Notes: a model not told the origin generated them from the letters alone. 53,639 nt of DNA from Octopus sinensis (GCF_006345805.1 NW_021834275.1:1-53639), one strand, 5' to 3'. Numbered from the stretch's first letter, positions 1-13,059 are shown. A program made the numbers and translations.

Positions 1-264
1 AAATAAATCCTCATAGGTAAATTTTATAAATATCTTATAATTATTATACATAATTATAACAAGCGCTTGGCTTGTGCCTCACCACGCACTGAAAATAGAC
101 GTCAAAACACACTATTACAACCATAAATTCTCCGAGAAAAAACACACTACATAATAGGCTAGTAGAAGAAAGAAAATGCATTAAAACTTTGGTTAACCGC
201 GTACATGATCGTGTTTCGGGTTAAAATAATAAAAACATTACCTTTTGCCTTCATCAGCGTCAGT
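1..264 (-). mobile_element. Repeat family X copy (Penelope-like terminal repeat candidate) with hammerhead core
   Basis: Reverse complement aligns with 690-850 and 1110-1330; contains CTGATGA...GAAAC. Confidence 0.55.
196..264 (-). ncRNA. Type I hammerhead ribozyme-like fold (GUA site)
   Basis: ACTG(A)CG CTGATGA A GG..long AT stem..CC GAA ACA cgatca TGT A CGCGGT: stems I and III pair; stem II is interrupted. Confidence 0.45.
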
Positions 265-689
265 GTTTGAAAATCGATGGAAGAGTTTAGCACGGATGTT
301 GCGTGTGGATGGAACCTCATGAATGCAAAACAGGACGAAACCCAGGTATCAATGGCGAGGCGGGGCTCGTGGGGTCCGAGGTAAACCCGCCCCCCCTACT
401 CCATCCGTAATGTCTTCCGGTCTGTCTTAGCATTCGATTTCTCCGATTTCATTATTTGTTTGTAATTATGTGTAAATTTTTAATTTCATCCTTTGTGTAA
501 AAATCAATCGTGAATCTGACCCCAAATCAGGTTGTATTGTCCCCTCTTTGTTCGCCCCTTGTGGGTAATAAAAAACAGGTATAGCAACGCTTACATGGCT
601 ATACGTAACTTAGAAAGCCTTCTGGTTTGCTTATAAATATTGTATCTATGTGTGTGTGTGGTGTGTGTGTGTGTGTGTGCATGTATACG

Positions 690-850
690 CTTCTACTAGC
701 CTATTACGTGGTGTGTATTTTCACGGAGAATTTATGGTGGTAATAGTGTCTTTTGACGTCTATTTTTCAGTGCGTGGCGAGACACAAGCCAAATCCTTGT
801 TATAATTATATTTACAATTATAAAACATTTAAAAAGTTTACCTATGAGGT
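690..850 (+). repeat. Repeat family X, 3' part
   Basis: Aligns with the reverse complement of 1-165 and with 1205-1330. Confidence 0.7.
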
Positions 851-1109
851 TATATTTCCGCGCTGACCACTTGGTAAAAATCATTAATGACTTTTACCCT
901 TTTATTAATTATTATAATTAATATTTGAAAAAATATTTACTCTCTGACTAAAACTGTATTAACTGCAGACTTGACCTTTAACTCACTGCAAGAGATGAAC
1001 ATGAATTCTACTTCGCAGCATATTTTTGCGAGTCTCCACAGATATAAGCAAAGCGAAGACGCAGCTCGCTTACATATCCGTGGCCACTCGTATATTTATG
1101 CATGGGTAT

Positions 1110-1330
1110 ACCGACGCTGATGAAGGTAAAAGGTACTACTTTTATTACTTTGAGCCCGAAACACTATCATGCACGCGGTTAACCAAAGTTTTAATGCATT
1201 TTCTTTCTTCTGTTAGCCTATTGTGTAGCGTGTTTTTTCTCGGAGAGTTTATGGGCTGTAATAGCGTCTTTTGACGTCTACTTTTTAGTGCGTGATAACG
1301 CACAAACCAAGCCCTTGTTATAATTATGCA
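1110..1330 (+). mobile_element. Repeat family X copy with degenerate hammerhead core (1110-1179)
   Basis: ACCG(A)CG CTGATGA AGG...CCC GAAACA ctatca TGCA CGCGGT; stem I fully Watson-Crick but U16.1 changed to C. Confidence 0.6.
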
Positions 1331-1346
1331 TATAATTAATATATAT

Positions 1347-1379
<33 letters not shown>

Positions 1380-2714
1380 CTTCCCGTTTAGAATATATAT
1401 ACAAAGAGTTTCATAAATCCGAACAGATACCTTATAAGCAATCTGTAGCTATCCAAACTTGGCTAACTATATCGATCAAGTCAGCTTTCTACAATTCCTC
1501 CCATGTGTATTTCTCTTCTTCATTCGTGGACTCGCAGCATTTAGGTACATATTAGTGGTGTCCATCTAATCCGACTCGGAGGACCTACGAAGGCAATAAA
1601 AACAATCAGCTTCTTCCAGACGAAATTAATAGAAAAAAAACCCCCACTATCCTTTTATAACTCATCAAGGGGAAAATTTTAGAAAGACACTGAATAGCAG
1701 GTTACTTAAAGTTGGAATTATTTCATTTTTGTATTTGGACTGGTTGTTAAAAGAATATCCGAGCCATAATTAAATATATCTGTATTGTCTTGGATACACT
1801 TCTGGTTTACGCCCCGAAAGAGTAAAACCTGGTCAACAAAACCCTTATAAATACAGCAGATCCGGTAAACAATTTCTTGATGTATACTAGCTGAAGAGGT
1901 ATTTCGAAGAATATTCTCTATACACGCGTTCTATTCACCAAAATCTTATAAATTGTATTTTCTTTTACTTATCCATTTATAAACCTGATCTTTTCTTTAT
2001 CGAAATTTCCATTTAGTTATCATTTAAGTCTTTTATTATTCTTAATGTGTCGATAAAGAGAATATATCAATTTTATACCTCACGAGTGATGCCCGTTTGA
2101 TATCCCATAAGGCTAAATCAATAAAGTTTTTTTTTGTTTTTTTAAATAGTTTTTTTTGCAAACGATTATGTTCGCAGCTTTTACGTTGAGCAAAAGACGT
2201 ACGGGTTTGGAGATTGTCACATCGCGACATAAAACTTGAAGCAACACATGCATAGTCGTTAGTTTGCATTGCTTTGTATGCATTTTGACGCATAGACACA
2301 CACGTGTGTGCATAGAAGTGAGTGTATATACAAATACATACATGCATATTATATATATATATATACACTCATACACGCACACGTATATGTAGGTAGAGCC
2401 TCAGCCACAAATACGCATATGTGTTAAACTCCATAAAGAAAAGATAAGATCGAATAAAATCTTTAAGACTGGGAAAAAAAACTCGTAAATATATCAGGAT
2501 TCACTGAGAGTAATAATATCAAGTAAGAATAATAAGATACAACTAAATAGTAACAACAAAAATATATTATATAAAAGAAAAGACAAGCAATAGAATAAAG
2601 AGTAGAAAATAACCGAAAGGATCTTCTAAGAAGAATGAGATGAACGTTTAAGATTAAGTTTGCCAGCAGTGCAGTTAACACTTTGACATTGAATGTGTGT
2701 TTGTGTGAATCAGT

Positions 2715-2756
<42 letters not shown>

Positions 2757-2799
2757 TAACGTGTGTGTTTCAGTGTGCGAGCGTGTGCGTGTATGCGTG

Positions 2800-2840
2800 C
2801 ATGTATGTATCTATCTATTTGTCAGTTGGTCTGTCTTTCA

Positions 2841-2926
<86 letters not shown>

Positions 2927-2929
2927 ATA

Positions 2930-2970
<41 letters not shown>

Positions 2971-2991
2971 GTCTGTCTGTCTATCTTTCTG

Positions 2992-3038
<47 letters not shown>

Positions 3039-3042
3039 CTCT

Positions 3043-3124
<82 letters not shown>

Positions 3125-3254
3125 CTTTGTTGATATGTCTTTCAATATATCTATCTATTTGTCTGTTTGTCTGTCTGTCTATCTATCTATCTATCTATCT
3201 ATCAATTTATCTACCTACTAATCTATCTATCTATCTGTTCCTCTTTCGTCTGTT

Positions 3255-3310
<56 letters not shown>
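2800..3310. repeat. Compound (ATCT)n/(GTCT)n then (TA)n microsatellite
   Basis: Directly visible; source of the overlapping IYLS-repeat ORFs. Confidence 0.98.
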
Positions 3311-3313
<3 letters not shown>

Positions 3314-3861
3314 CCCACATATATTGCCACACACATACACACCCGTGCGCACGTGTGCGCTTGTGCAATATACTGAGATGTAAGGGGATTCCTTTTTAAA
3401 TAGTTAATAGTTAGTGATATAGCCAATGTAGATAATCTATAATCAATAGAACTGAAAGAGAATAGGAAATAAATATAAATGGCGTAGCGAAGTTAATCCT
3501 GGAAATGAAATTGCAATTATTTTCAGATCATTGTCAACACAACTTCGTTGCTAAGTTTCAACATTAAATAACGTACCTGTTGTCATGATCAATATGATGA
3601 CGGCGATAGCCTACTGATGACTGCCGGGTATTTCCTCCATGTAAAAAAAAATTAAAGACATACAGTTTTGAAGTTTACGTTAAAGCAAGACATTACGGTT
3701 GGAATATTCTTGTGAAGCATGTCATGAAGTTGAATGGAAAAGGAAAAGAAAAGGTGAATGTTGAAGGGGAGTATGATCATAGGATTGATAAGTAACAACA
3801 AAACAAAAACAACAACAACAACAGTCGTAATAATGATAAAAATAATGTTTTCAGATTTTTC

Positions 3862-3982
3862 CACAAGGACTGCAATTTTGGGGGAGGGGACGAGTCGATT
3901 ACATCAACCCAAGTGTTCAAAAAGTACTTATTTTATCGACCTTAGAGGGATAAAAAGTAAAGTCGACCTCGGCGGAATTGCT
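3862..3982 (-). mobile_element. SINE family A, partial
   Basis: gtcgattacatc...gtactta...gtcgacctcggcggaatt matches the reverse complement of the family A body. Confidence 0.75.
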
Positions 3983-3983
3983 G

Positions 3984-4052
<69 letters not shown>

Positions 4053-4055
<3 letters not shown>

Positions 4056-4608
4056 GCCATGATGCAGTACAGGCAGTGGCTCTCATGGCTTCTGGTCTTA
4101 ACTGATTGGAAGTGTTATCATGTACATTGTTTTGTCTTGGTATAAAAGATGGGCTACAGCAAATATTCCGCTCAGTACCACAGATTTGCTTGTCAGTTGT
4201 TTGACCTTAACCAGTTGAGCATGTCCCTTAGTGGCTGATGATATGTGCATCTCTGATCACGAGCAGAAGTAGTGGGGGAGCATCATAGCCATGTGTTGAG
4301 AGGGATTCTTTGGGGTTTGAATAATTCACCTCTGGAAACATGGGTGGTTCTTTCAACATCCTTAAACAACCCTTATTCAGGGACCTTTTGAGCGGGATGG
4401 GCTACTCAACCTGAAGAAAATTCTAACTGGGCCCCACCTGCAAGGTCATGTGCTGTTTATCTTGATATGAGATCACCATGTCGCGCACATATGGTTGTGA
4501 TGCATGTGCCTGGTGTACCTTTATCAGACGGGTAGTCATGATGGGTATATTGGGCTTCGTATATTTTACCCCAGTGTCACTTTGATGGCATGCTCTGCTC
4601 TCTCACTC
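4053..4608 (+). mobile_element. 3' end (UTR-like) of a (TAA)n-embedded non-LTR element, probably R4/Dong type
   Basis: Flanked by (TAA)n on both sides; its terminus tgatggc..tgctctctcactc-aataa recurs at 5216-5241. No ORF, so the class is inferred from context. Confidence 0.55.
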
Positions 4609-4627
4609 AATAATAATAATAATAATA

Positions 4628-4866
4628 AAGCTGGTAGTAGTACCAATAATTATCGGAGCCCTAGGAACAGTGAGCAAAAAGCTTGGGAAGTATATGGAAC
4701 ATATAGGGGCTGCAATGAGGGTGGAGCACTTGCAGAACGTGGTACTGCTTAGAACCACTCAAATACTCTGGAAGGTGCTCGAAAAATAAGGGTAGTTACC
4801 ATAGTTCACTAGTACTGAACAGCTAACACAGTAGTACATCTCCAGTGTCAGAAGCTGTACAAAGAC
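4628..4866 (+). mobile_element. 5'-truncated R4/Dong/NeSL-type LINE end (C-terminus of restriction-like endonuclease ORF plus 3' UTR)
   Basis: 4628-4789 reads KLVVVPIIIGALGTVSKKLGKYMEHIGAAMRVEHLQNVVLLRTTQILWKVLEK*, matching the PxxxGALG...QKxxLLGTAxILRxVL terminus of REL-clade elements. Confidence 0.85.
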
Positions 4867-5009
4867 ACTACTACTACTACTACTACTACTGCTGCTACTA
4901 CTACTACTACAGCTGCTGCTGCTGCTGCTACTACTACTACTACTGCTGCTGCCGCTTCTACTACTACTAATAATAATAACGGTTTCAAATTTTGCCATAA
5001 GGGCCGTCA

Positions 5010-5192
5010 TCTTTGAGGAGAGGAAGAGTCGATTACATCGACACCAGTACTCAACTGGTACTTAACTTATCGTCTCTGAAACGATGAAAGGCAAAATTGA
5101 CCTCGGTGGAATTTGAACTCAGAACGTGGAGACAAATGAAATACTGCTAAGCATTCGCCGGCGTGCTTAACGATTCGGCCAGTTCGCCGCCC
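5010..5192 (-). mobile_element. SINE family A
   Basis: tRNA-like head ggcggcgaactggccgaatcgtt...gagttcaaattcc on the minus strand. Confidence 0.85.
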
Positions 5193-5257
5193 TGATAATA
5201 ATTACTTTTAATATATGATGGCTTGCACTGCTCTCTCACTCAATAACAACAACAACA

Positions 5258-5589
5258 ATGTGGGACCTCAAGACTACAACAATACCTGTTGTCATAGGTG
5301 CCCTAGGAATGATAGCAAAAGGGGCTGATTGCTACCTAGCTCAGATACCAGGAAACCCCCAAATGGGAGAAATTTAAAAAATACTGTCTTTGTAATCTCA
5401 AATTTATAACATGCTTATAATTTTCTTATGCTTTCTTAAACATTCTCTTGAACAATACTTTTTTCAAAACCAAATATATGGCACTCTAGTCATAACACCA
5501 ACTTGAAATTCTAACTTGTTGTCTCTTGAGGTCTCTGAGTGAGACTTGAAGTCAACTTGTACAAATACATAGCAAAAGCCAAACATATG
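5258..5589 (+). mobile_element. 5'-truncated R4/Dong-type LINE end, third family
   Basis: MWDLKTTTIPVVIGALGMIAKGADCYLAQIPGNPQMGEI*KI, then 3' UTR and a (TAA)n tail. Confidence 0.85.
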
Positions 5590-8500
5590 ATAATAATAAT
5601 AATTTCTAATTTAGGCGCACGTCCAGCACTTTTGAGGTGCGGTGTATTAGTCGGTATCATTGAGCTCAGTGCTTGAGTAGTACTTTACTTCATCAACCCC
5701 AGAAGGATGCAAGGAAAACTTGACCTTAGTAGAATTTCAGATCAGAATTTAAAGAACTGGAACAGTTATATCCAGGTATTTTCCTCCGTTACTTTAACAA
5801 CTCAGACAATTCCGAACATGGAGGAATGAACTTCAGGAAAATGATATAGCAAATACTGTAGCAATAAGGAAATTTTAACCACTTATTTTGTGACAGTCAA
5901 TAGTGAAAGGGATCGCTTAAGGCAGTTTAGAAATGACAGAGAAAAATACGCCAAGGTTAAGTGAATACAAATACTACAGAAGGGAAACTAAATGGATGCT
6001 TAAAATGATAGCAAATCTCCACACAGTTTCCGCCTACGAAATTCACCCATAAGGTATTACTTGTTAGGGTTATCTCCACTGATACTCTAGAGAAATTATA
6101 GACCGTACTGAATTTTGCTACGATGCTTCGTATCCGTGATGGCGCATGCTAACACTGTTGAACACGTTATTGAATTATAAAGAAGTTTACTATAATTTCT
6201 GGAATATTATAGTTGTAGAACGAACCGCATCCCTACAAGTTATTTATTACAAGACATTGTTCAGCCCAAGGCTACAGTAGAAAGTAGAAGAAACTTGGTC
6301 AAAGTGCTGCGTTGATGAAATGAACTCCAAACGACGCAGTTACAACGCAGGCTTCTTAACTACAAGGAAGGACATAGTTAATAGATGAAAATAAATAAAA
6401 CGAATCGGATGTAAGTAATTATAAGCCTATTACGTGTATTTTGGTAATTGGAAATTGGTAACGTGTGACATAGCACCTGAATTGTACGGTTTCTAGGGGA
6501 TAAATCGTTCTGTTCTGGCATTGCTGTGTGTTTAAGAGGTTAGCATCAAAACAATGTGGTTTTAGTTTGAATTCTATTGAACAGAACCTTATGCTATAAC
6601 TTCGCATTGACTAGTTACCTAGTGTGTTAATTTCTCAAGTGGTATCAGAATGTACGAGCGGGAATTGATTGCGAATAACGAACGCAAACGCTGATGAAAC
6701 AGCTTTGATGAAAGCCTATATTTATTCACTCATCTTAACTTAAACATGAGAGAATAAAACAGTGAAACGTCCTACTTACTGTCATTTCCCCAATGAGATG
6801 AAATCAAAAAAATTGCACGTTCTGTTATGTAAGCTGAGGATTCCACAACAGTGTGCACAGCCACATATCGGACACAAAAATTAAATCTGGTGGACAATCA
6901 TCCTCAACGACGAAGGACTGGCGGCGATATTTTTAATGTTTGTAGATACGTGCTATGATTCACGCTTATATCTTGGAATTTGTGAAAAAGAGCTTTCACA
7001 AGAATTGCATAGTAGCATAATTTATACAAGATAGCTTTGTCTTTGCACCGAATACAAAATACCACGAAATTTTCTGCACCTTGTAAATATGCCGAGATTA
7101 TTTCTGTTATGTTTTCCTTTTTCGCTCTTCTATTCATTTTTATTATCGATGTAGTTTGGTCTATTATTATACGATGTTTTCCTACGCTGTTTCTTCCCAA
7201 GATGTTCTTAACCACATCTCTATTTTTCTAGCCAGATATACTTCGTGAGGGATGTAACGTTTTTGTAATGTTTTGGTATAATCTGCTCTTAAATGAATTT
7301 CTAGCGCAATGTAAGGCACAACACTGATGGTTTTTTATTTTCAATTGCACTAACATGCGGCATGATGCTTTTGTTTAGGAACTGGTAACCGAAAGGCCAC
7401 TACTCAGTATATACATGATGAGTACAATTTGATAGACTCTTCATTTAAACATGAACACCGTCAATGTGGCTTTTCAGTCCTGTTGGGGCCCTATACACTT
7501 TTGCTTACATGTCACATGCCGTCATTCCATCATAGAATTTTATACTGACTGATTTGCCAAAAATCTAGTGATGCCTGTGTCTAAAGATTTTGAAAGTGAG
7601 GCCTTGCTCAGGTCTGATTCCACTCTCTGAACAACGTATGTATATTCATGCATTCAATAATATATAGATCCACCCATCTATGCATACGTACATGCATGCA
7701 AACCTTATATAGAAACATACATACATGCTAGACATGCATGTGAATACATACATAAAATAAAACAAACAAATCTGCACATATACATACAAAAATATCCAGT
7801 TTATGCTGAAATTCCAATGAAGGAGCCTTGGATCTAGGTTAGAAGCCGGCTCTTTCTCTATTGGCAAGAAATCTTGAAATAAACTGAACAATGACATACA
7901 TACATACATAAATACATAGATACAGTCATACAAACACACGCATATATACGCACACAGACATATAATCTAACTGCAAAACATTTAAGGTTGATAAGATAGT
8001 GATGGTCATAGTTGTACCGGTGGTCTTCGTGTTAATAAGATGGGCAGAGGTTATAGATGTCGTTTCAGATTGAAGCCAAACGTTGTCCACAGCTTGTTTT
8101 CAATTATCAAATGAAAAACCTTTACTTGAAACGTCTTCTGGTAAAACAAACATTTTATTAAAAGCAAAGCATCATCATATTTTCAACATTGAAAACTGTA
8201 AGGCGTTATCCTACACCTAATCAGAAAAGAGGCACCAATACCACCAGAGTGTCACTAACTGGAAAAAATATTACCATTCGTCATCAGCAAAAATATGAAA
8301 GTCAATAAATATATATTAACATCCGCACGTTTGGATGATAACATGTAATATTTGTGTGTGTATATATTTTGTTTGCTGGGAAGGGGTGGCTATATATTTA
8401 TTGTCCCTTACAGAATACATGAGAGTTTATTAGGAACAAGGGAGGAGCTCTTGGGTGCAGTATATTTACTGCCGCCCACGACACACGTGCTTTGTGGATG

Positions 8501-8619
8501 TTTATGGGAGTATATTGGGGTTCGTTTGAACAACATTCGCTTTTAATGCTGAATTCGTATGAAACGGTCGCCGTTTTTAATGGCGGTGAGGGCGTGACTG
8601 ACAAGGAGTGATGGATGGA

Positions 8620-8664
<45 letters not shown>

Positions 8665-8993
8665 CATACGTATATATATATATATACATATATACATACA
8701 TATATACGTACATACATACATATATGCATGTTCAAATAAACGCATCACTCACAAATATCTCAATCTCTCCCTCCCTCTCTCTCTTGCTTTCTCTTTCTCT
8801 GTATACTTATATGCATATACACTGAGATACATATACATGTATATATATTATATATACATCCACAACACCACATATATATGCACATGTGTATATATATATA
8901 TATATACATACATATATATCTATATATATATATAGATATATATATATTATGAGAGATAGTTATATAGATCAGACATATTATTACATAAACAAC

Positions 8994-9025
<32 letters not shown>

Positions 9026-9142
9026 CCATATATATCCCTATATATATACACCACATAGTATATAGATGTGTATATGTTCTATATATATATAAACCCCAAC
9101 TTTAACCCTACCCCAACTTTAGACGATAGTGTCTATGACATA

Positions 9143-9173
<31 letters not shown>

Positions 9174-9201
9174 AGAGAGATTTTTATAGATCGCCATATT
9201 G

Positions 9202-9270
<69 letters not shown>

Positions 9271-9918
9271 ACCTACTACATACATATATATTTATATATA
9301 TAGGTTTACAAACAGCCACATATGCCCACGCTCATACATATACACATCTATACATTCATTGGGATGAATATACACAAAACCACAACAAAGTGTTATAAAC
9401 GTTCACGATGCTTAGAAAGTGAGAAGAGGCTGGTGAGAAGAACAAGAGAAGATAATAGGATAACTGGGATATATATTATAAAGCCTGTTTATATTTCAAC
9501 ACTTCACAATAGTTTGCTGACCTCCAGGAGTGGCCATAATAACAATGGCGAGATCCACGTGGTTTGTATACAATTACTCCATGAATATAATATCTAGATA
9601 CGCATAAGCTCTTCACGTTAACATATGCATGTACTTATATAATTGCTGAAGTACAGAATATGCAAATGCTCGTTCATCGCTTCGTGTGCGATCTGAGGCA
9701 ATGCTGGCCTTTGACATTTGCTCGTATTTATGTAGCTGTGAGGGAGCTGTGCATATCTGTCAATTTATTTAGCATAGAATGATAATAATAATAAACACGT
9801 ACACACACAAACGCACGTATAGGTATATTCATTCACAGACAGACATACATACTGACTAACACATGCACGTACATACACACACATATCTCTTTCTTCCCCT
9901 CCCTCCGCTGTGTGTTAT

Positions 9919-9950
<32 letters not shown>

Positions 9951-10014
9951 GTGTGTGTAATGTACACACTGCTCAACAATGAGCGACATTTATTTATATA
10001 CATATACATTACAT

Positions 10015-10066
<52 letters not shown>

Positions 10067-10912
10067 ATCTCCATGTACATAAATGGGAGAAGTTTGCGTA
10101 TGTGCAAAAAGATATATACATATGTGGTGTGTGTGTGTGTATTATACACACATATATATATACATACATATATGCATATATACATATTGATATATACACT
10201 CACACATGTTATATATATATATATATATATGCATTATGAATGCATACAAACACGCACACACACACACACACATATATATATATGTATAAACATACACACA
10301 CTCACGTTCACACACATACACGCATGTTCTTATTGTAGTAACACAAAGCACTTGGTATGACTAATCGCCATTTATTCAGACATATTCACAGACATGTTCT
10401 CTATGCTCATCCCCCCCAGTTTCGAAATCTATTCTCACGTGCTCTTCAACTAGAAAACATGCTTTTGTCTAACACAATTCGCGAACCCCAACCTTAGACG
10501 ATCTATTTTATATATCAAAGACTGGCTGTCTACATTTTCGACAAGATAGTTGGCCCTTTAATCTTGTTGATGAATTTATCCAGTCCCCTTCTGAGGTCCG
10601 TCTCTCAGTATTATTTATTTATTTTTTTTTAATTTTGTTTCTCAGAAGGTTTTCAAATTTTACAACAAATATTATTTATTTGTTTAGGAAGCATCCCGAA
10701 TTCCTATTTATGCTATTGTTTCTACAATTCTGCCAGCTCCAATCTTGCTTCTCTCTCTCTTTCTCTCCCTCTCTCTGTTTTTATTTGCCTGTCTCTCGCT
10801 CTCTGTTACTCTGTTTGTCAGTCAATCTCTCTTTCATTCTCTGTGTCTGTCTCTATTTGTCTCTCAATAGGCATAGTATATAGTCATACTTCTACTACTT
10901 ACAAGAATGTTC

Positions 10913-11654
10913 AGATCTTTGTGGTTTTCGTCACTATTCACAATTTTATTTTAATTGTTTTCAAATTTGGTATATGGATTAAGCTGTGCATTCTAATTAT
11001 GAAAATGAAATTAATTTTCCCTATAAATCCATAATTAAAAAGTTACTAGCCTTTAAAATTTGGAAAAAATTGGGTATTTTAACCAATCACAAGCGAGTAT
11101 TTTACAAATCTGTTTCCAAAGGCGAATATTTTACAGTCTGTTTACATAGTAACCAAAGATGCTGCAGATGCGCTGAAAGAGTGTAGGAAACAAACGCCGG
11201 TGTGGGACACGCCGTCTCATGCTTGGCTCCACTCTCATCTTTGTGAATTTATGTGGAGAAGGAGATATGCGAAAGATAATTTATTTTATAAAATCCTAGT
11301 GTATTGCAAACTTTCGCTCTTGAATTTTGTAAACTAATGAATGTCTGTTTTAAGCGATGTTTTGATTGTTATTTCTAGCAACTCCTGTTGGTTTGTTTTC
11401 TGAAGCTAGTTAACTGTTTTGACATGCCGATGCTCCATACCCTGATGATGGAAGAGGCAGCGAAAGTGCTGTTTTCTGATTGGCTGAAAATTCCGAAAAT
11501 CATAGAAATTCGAACACCTGTAACATTTTTGCAAAAATATTTTGGAATAAATGAAAGCCAAATTCGAAGTCAGCGTTAAAAATTACATCTATATGATACA
11601 TTGAAAAATTCTTTTAAGGATAGATGTAAAAGACGACGAAAACCACAAATATCC
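10913..11654 (+). mobile_element. Merlin (IS1016/IS1595-like) DNA transposon deletion derivative, 742 bp
   Basis: 8-bp TSD GAATGTTC (10905-10912 and 11655-11662); TIRs AGATCTTTGTGGTTTTCGTC / GGATATTTGTGGTTTTCGTC; internal transposase remnant. Confidence 0.85.
11166..11300 (+). pseudogene. Merlin transposase C-terminal remnant
   Basis: NKRRCGTRRLMLGS-(frameshift)-HLCEFMWRRRYAKDNLFYKIL resembles the GT...LDSYLCEFMWRR motif of Merlin/ISXO2 transposases. Confidence 0.75.
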
Positions 11655-11884
11655 GAATGTTCTTGTCTGTGATTTTGAAGTTACGACAAGTTAAGCCATC
11701 GTCGAACTGCGGTGCATGAGAGACAGTCTTGCCTTTATAATCTCTGAAGGCGTATTAGCTGGCTGAAACGTCGAAGTCACTGTCAAAAACATTCTTGTAT
11801 AAGAATAATCAATTTCTACTCTGCGAAAGAATAGAATAACCATCAAATTGATGCAGAATTGTTTTTACTATAACTGAATAAAGG

Positions 11885-12330
11885 CAACGAGCTAGTGGAA
11901 TAGTTAGCACACCAGGCGAAATGCTTAGCAGTGTTTCGTCTGCCATTACGTTCTGAGTTCAAATTCCGCCGAGGCCGACTTTGCCTTTCATTGTTTCGGG
12001 TCGATAAATTAAGTACCAGTTGCGTACTGGAGTCGATGTAATCAAATGCTCCCCCCCCCACAAAAAAAAAATTCTGGCCTTCTGCTTTTAATAGGAAGGT
12101 TTGTAACTGAACGAAGGCGGCGAGCTGGAAGAATCGTTAACTCACCGGGCAAAATGCTTAGCGGCGTTTCGTCTGTCCTTACGTTCTGAGTTCAAATTCC
12201 CGCGAGGTTCACTCTGCATTATATATTTTCGGAGTCAATAAAATAAGTACCTGTTAGACATTGGGGGTTCGCTGTAATTAACAAGCCCCCTTCCCGAACT
12301 TGCTGCTCTATTGCAAAAATTTGAAATCAT
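11885..12330 (+). mobile_element. Two tandem SINE family A copies (about 11885-12090 and 12115-12330)
   Basis: Each has an A-box-like agctggcagaa, a B-box gagttcaaattcc and the family body. Confidence 0.85.
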
Positions 12331-12367
12331 TATAACTGAAGATAAAAACAACCATTACTCTTTTTAC

Positions 12368-12553
12368 TCTTCTACTTGTTTCAATTATTTGACTGCGGCC
12401 ATGCTGGACTTATTCTTTGGTATCCTAGTGCTTATTCTATCGGTCTCTTTTCCAGAACCGCTAGGTTACGGGGACGTAAACACACCAGCATCGGTTGTCA
12501 AGCGATGTTGGGGGGACAAACACAGACATACAAACACACACAAACATACACAA

Positions 12554-12586
<33 letters not shown>

Positions 12587-12690
12587 CATATATACGACGG
12601 GCTTCTTTCAGTTTCCGTCTACCAAATCCACTCGTAAGGCTTTGGTCGGCCCGAGACTACAGTACAAGACATTTGGCCAAGGTGCCACGC
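12368..12690 (-). mobile_element. SINE family B, 5'-truncated, with internal (CA)n(TA)n
   Basis: Reverse complement of the family B consensus seen at 41500-41870. Confidence 0.85.
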
Positions 12691-12727
12691 ATATAACTAC
12701 TTATTTATTCATCAGTTTGCATGTTTA

Positions 12728-12811
<84 letters not shown>

Positions 12812-13014
12812 GTGTGTGTGTGTGTGTGTGTATGTGTGTGTGTGTGTGTGCATGCCCATGTGTGAAAGTAAAATATATATTAAGGATTTCTAAATGGTAT
12901 GTCAAAGGAACATACGTTCGGAAATTAATTGAATACAGTAAATAAATTGTACAAGATATCTGAAGTTATTCGTAAACGTTCTCTCATGCTCGTCATTCAA
13001 CCTCATCAGGTACA

Positions 13015-13059
13015 GATTGGACACCGCTGTTTCTAATTTTTTACTCATCCTCAGTAATC
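13015..13059 (-). ncRNA. Minimal hammerhead-like fold (GUC site), degenerate stem II
   Basis: GATTA CTGAGGA TGAGTAAAAAATTA GAA ACA GCGG TGT C CAATC. Confidence 0.4.

Noticed and set aside
315-345. ctcatga..aggacgaaac resembling a canonical hammerhead
   Set aside because: Core G5 altered, stem II does not pair, no stem I.
1872-1926. CTGAAGA GG TATT TC GAAG AATATTC T hammerhead-like string
   Set aside because: The A15.1/U16.1 positions are G/C and stem II is only 2 bp; single copy here. Possibly a decayed PLE end but not supportable.
2683-3399. Longest ORFs in the track (238 aa IYLS repeats; likewise the YI, HT, poly-I/M/S ORFs across the window)
   Set aside because: Pure translations of (ATCT)n, (TA)n, (CA)n and trinucleotide microsatellites, which lack stops in several frames.
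6780-6886. Possible minus-strand exon ending GACA|GTAAGT (FNFCVRYVAVHTVVESSAYITERAIFLISSHWGND)
   Set aside because: Good donor but weak acceptor and no recognisable homology; not supportable without RNA data.
11439-11475. CTGATGA...GAAAG inside the Merlin element; similar partial matches at 6694, 15469, 33782 and 36255
   Set aside because: No closing stem I or II and/or a disallowed cleavage triplet; expected by chance.
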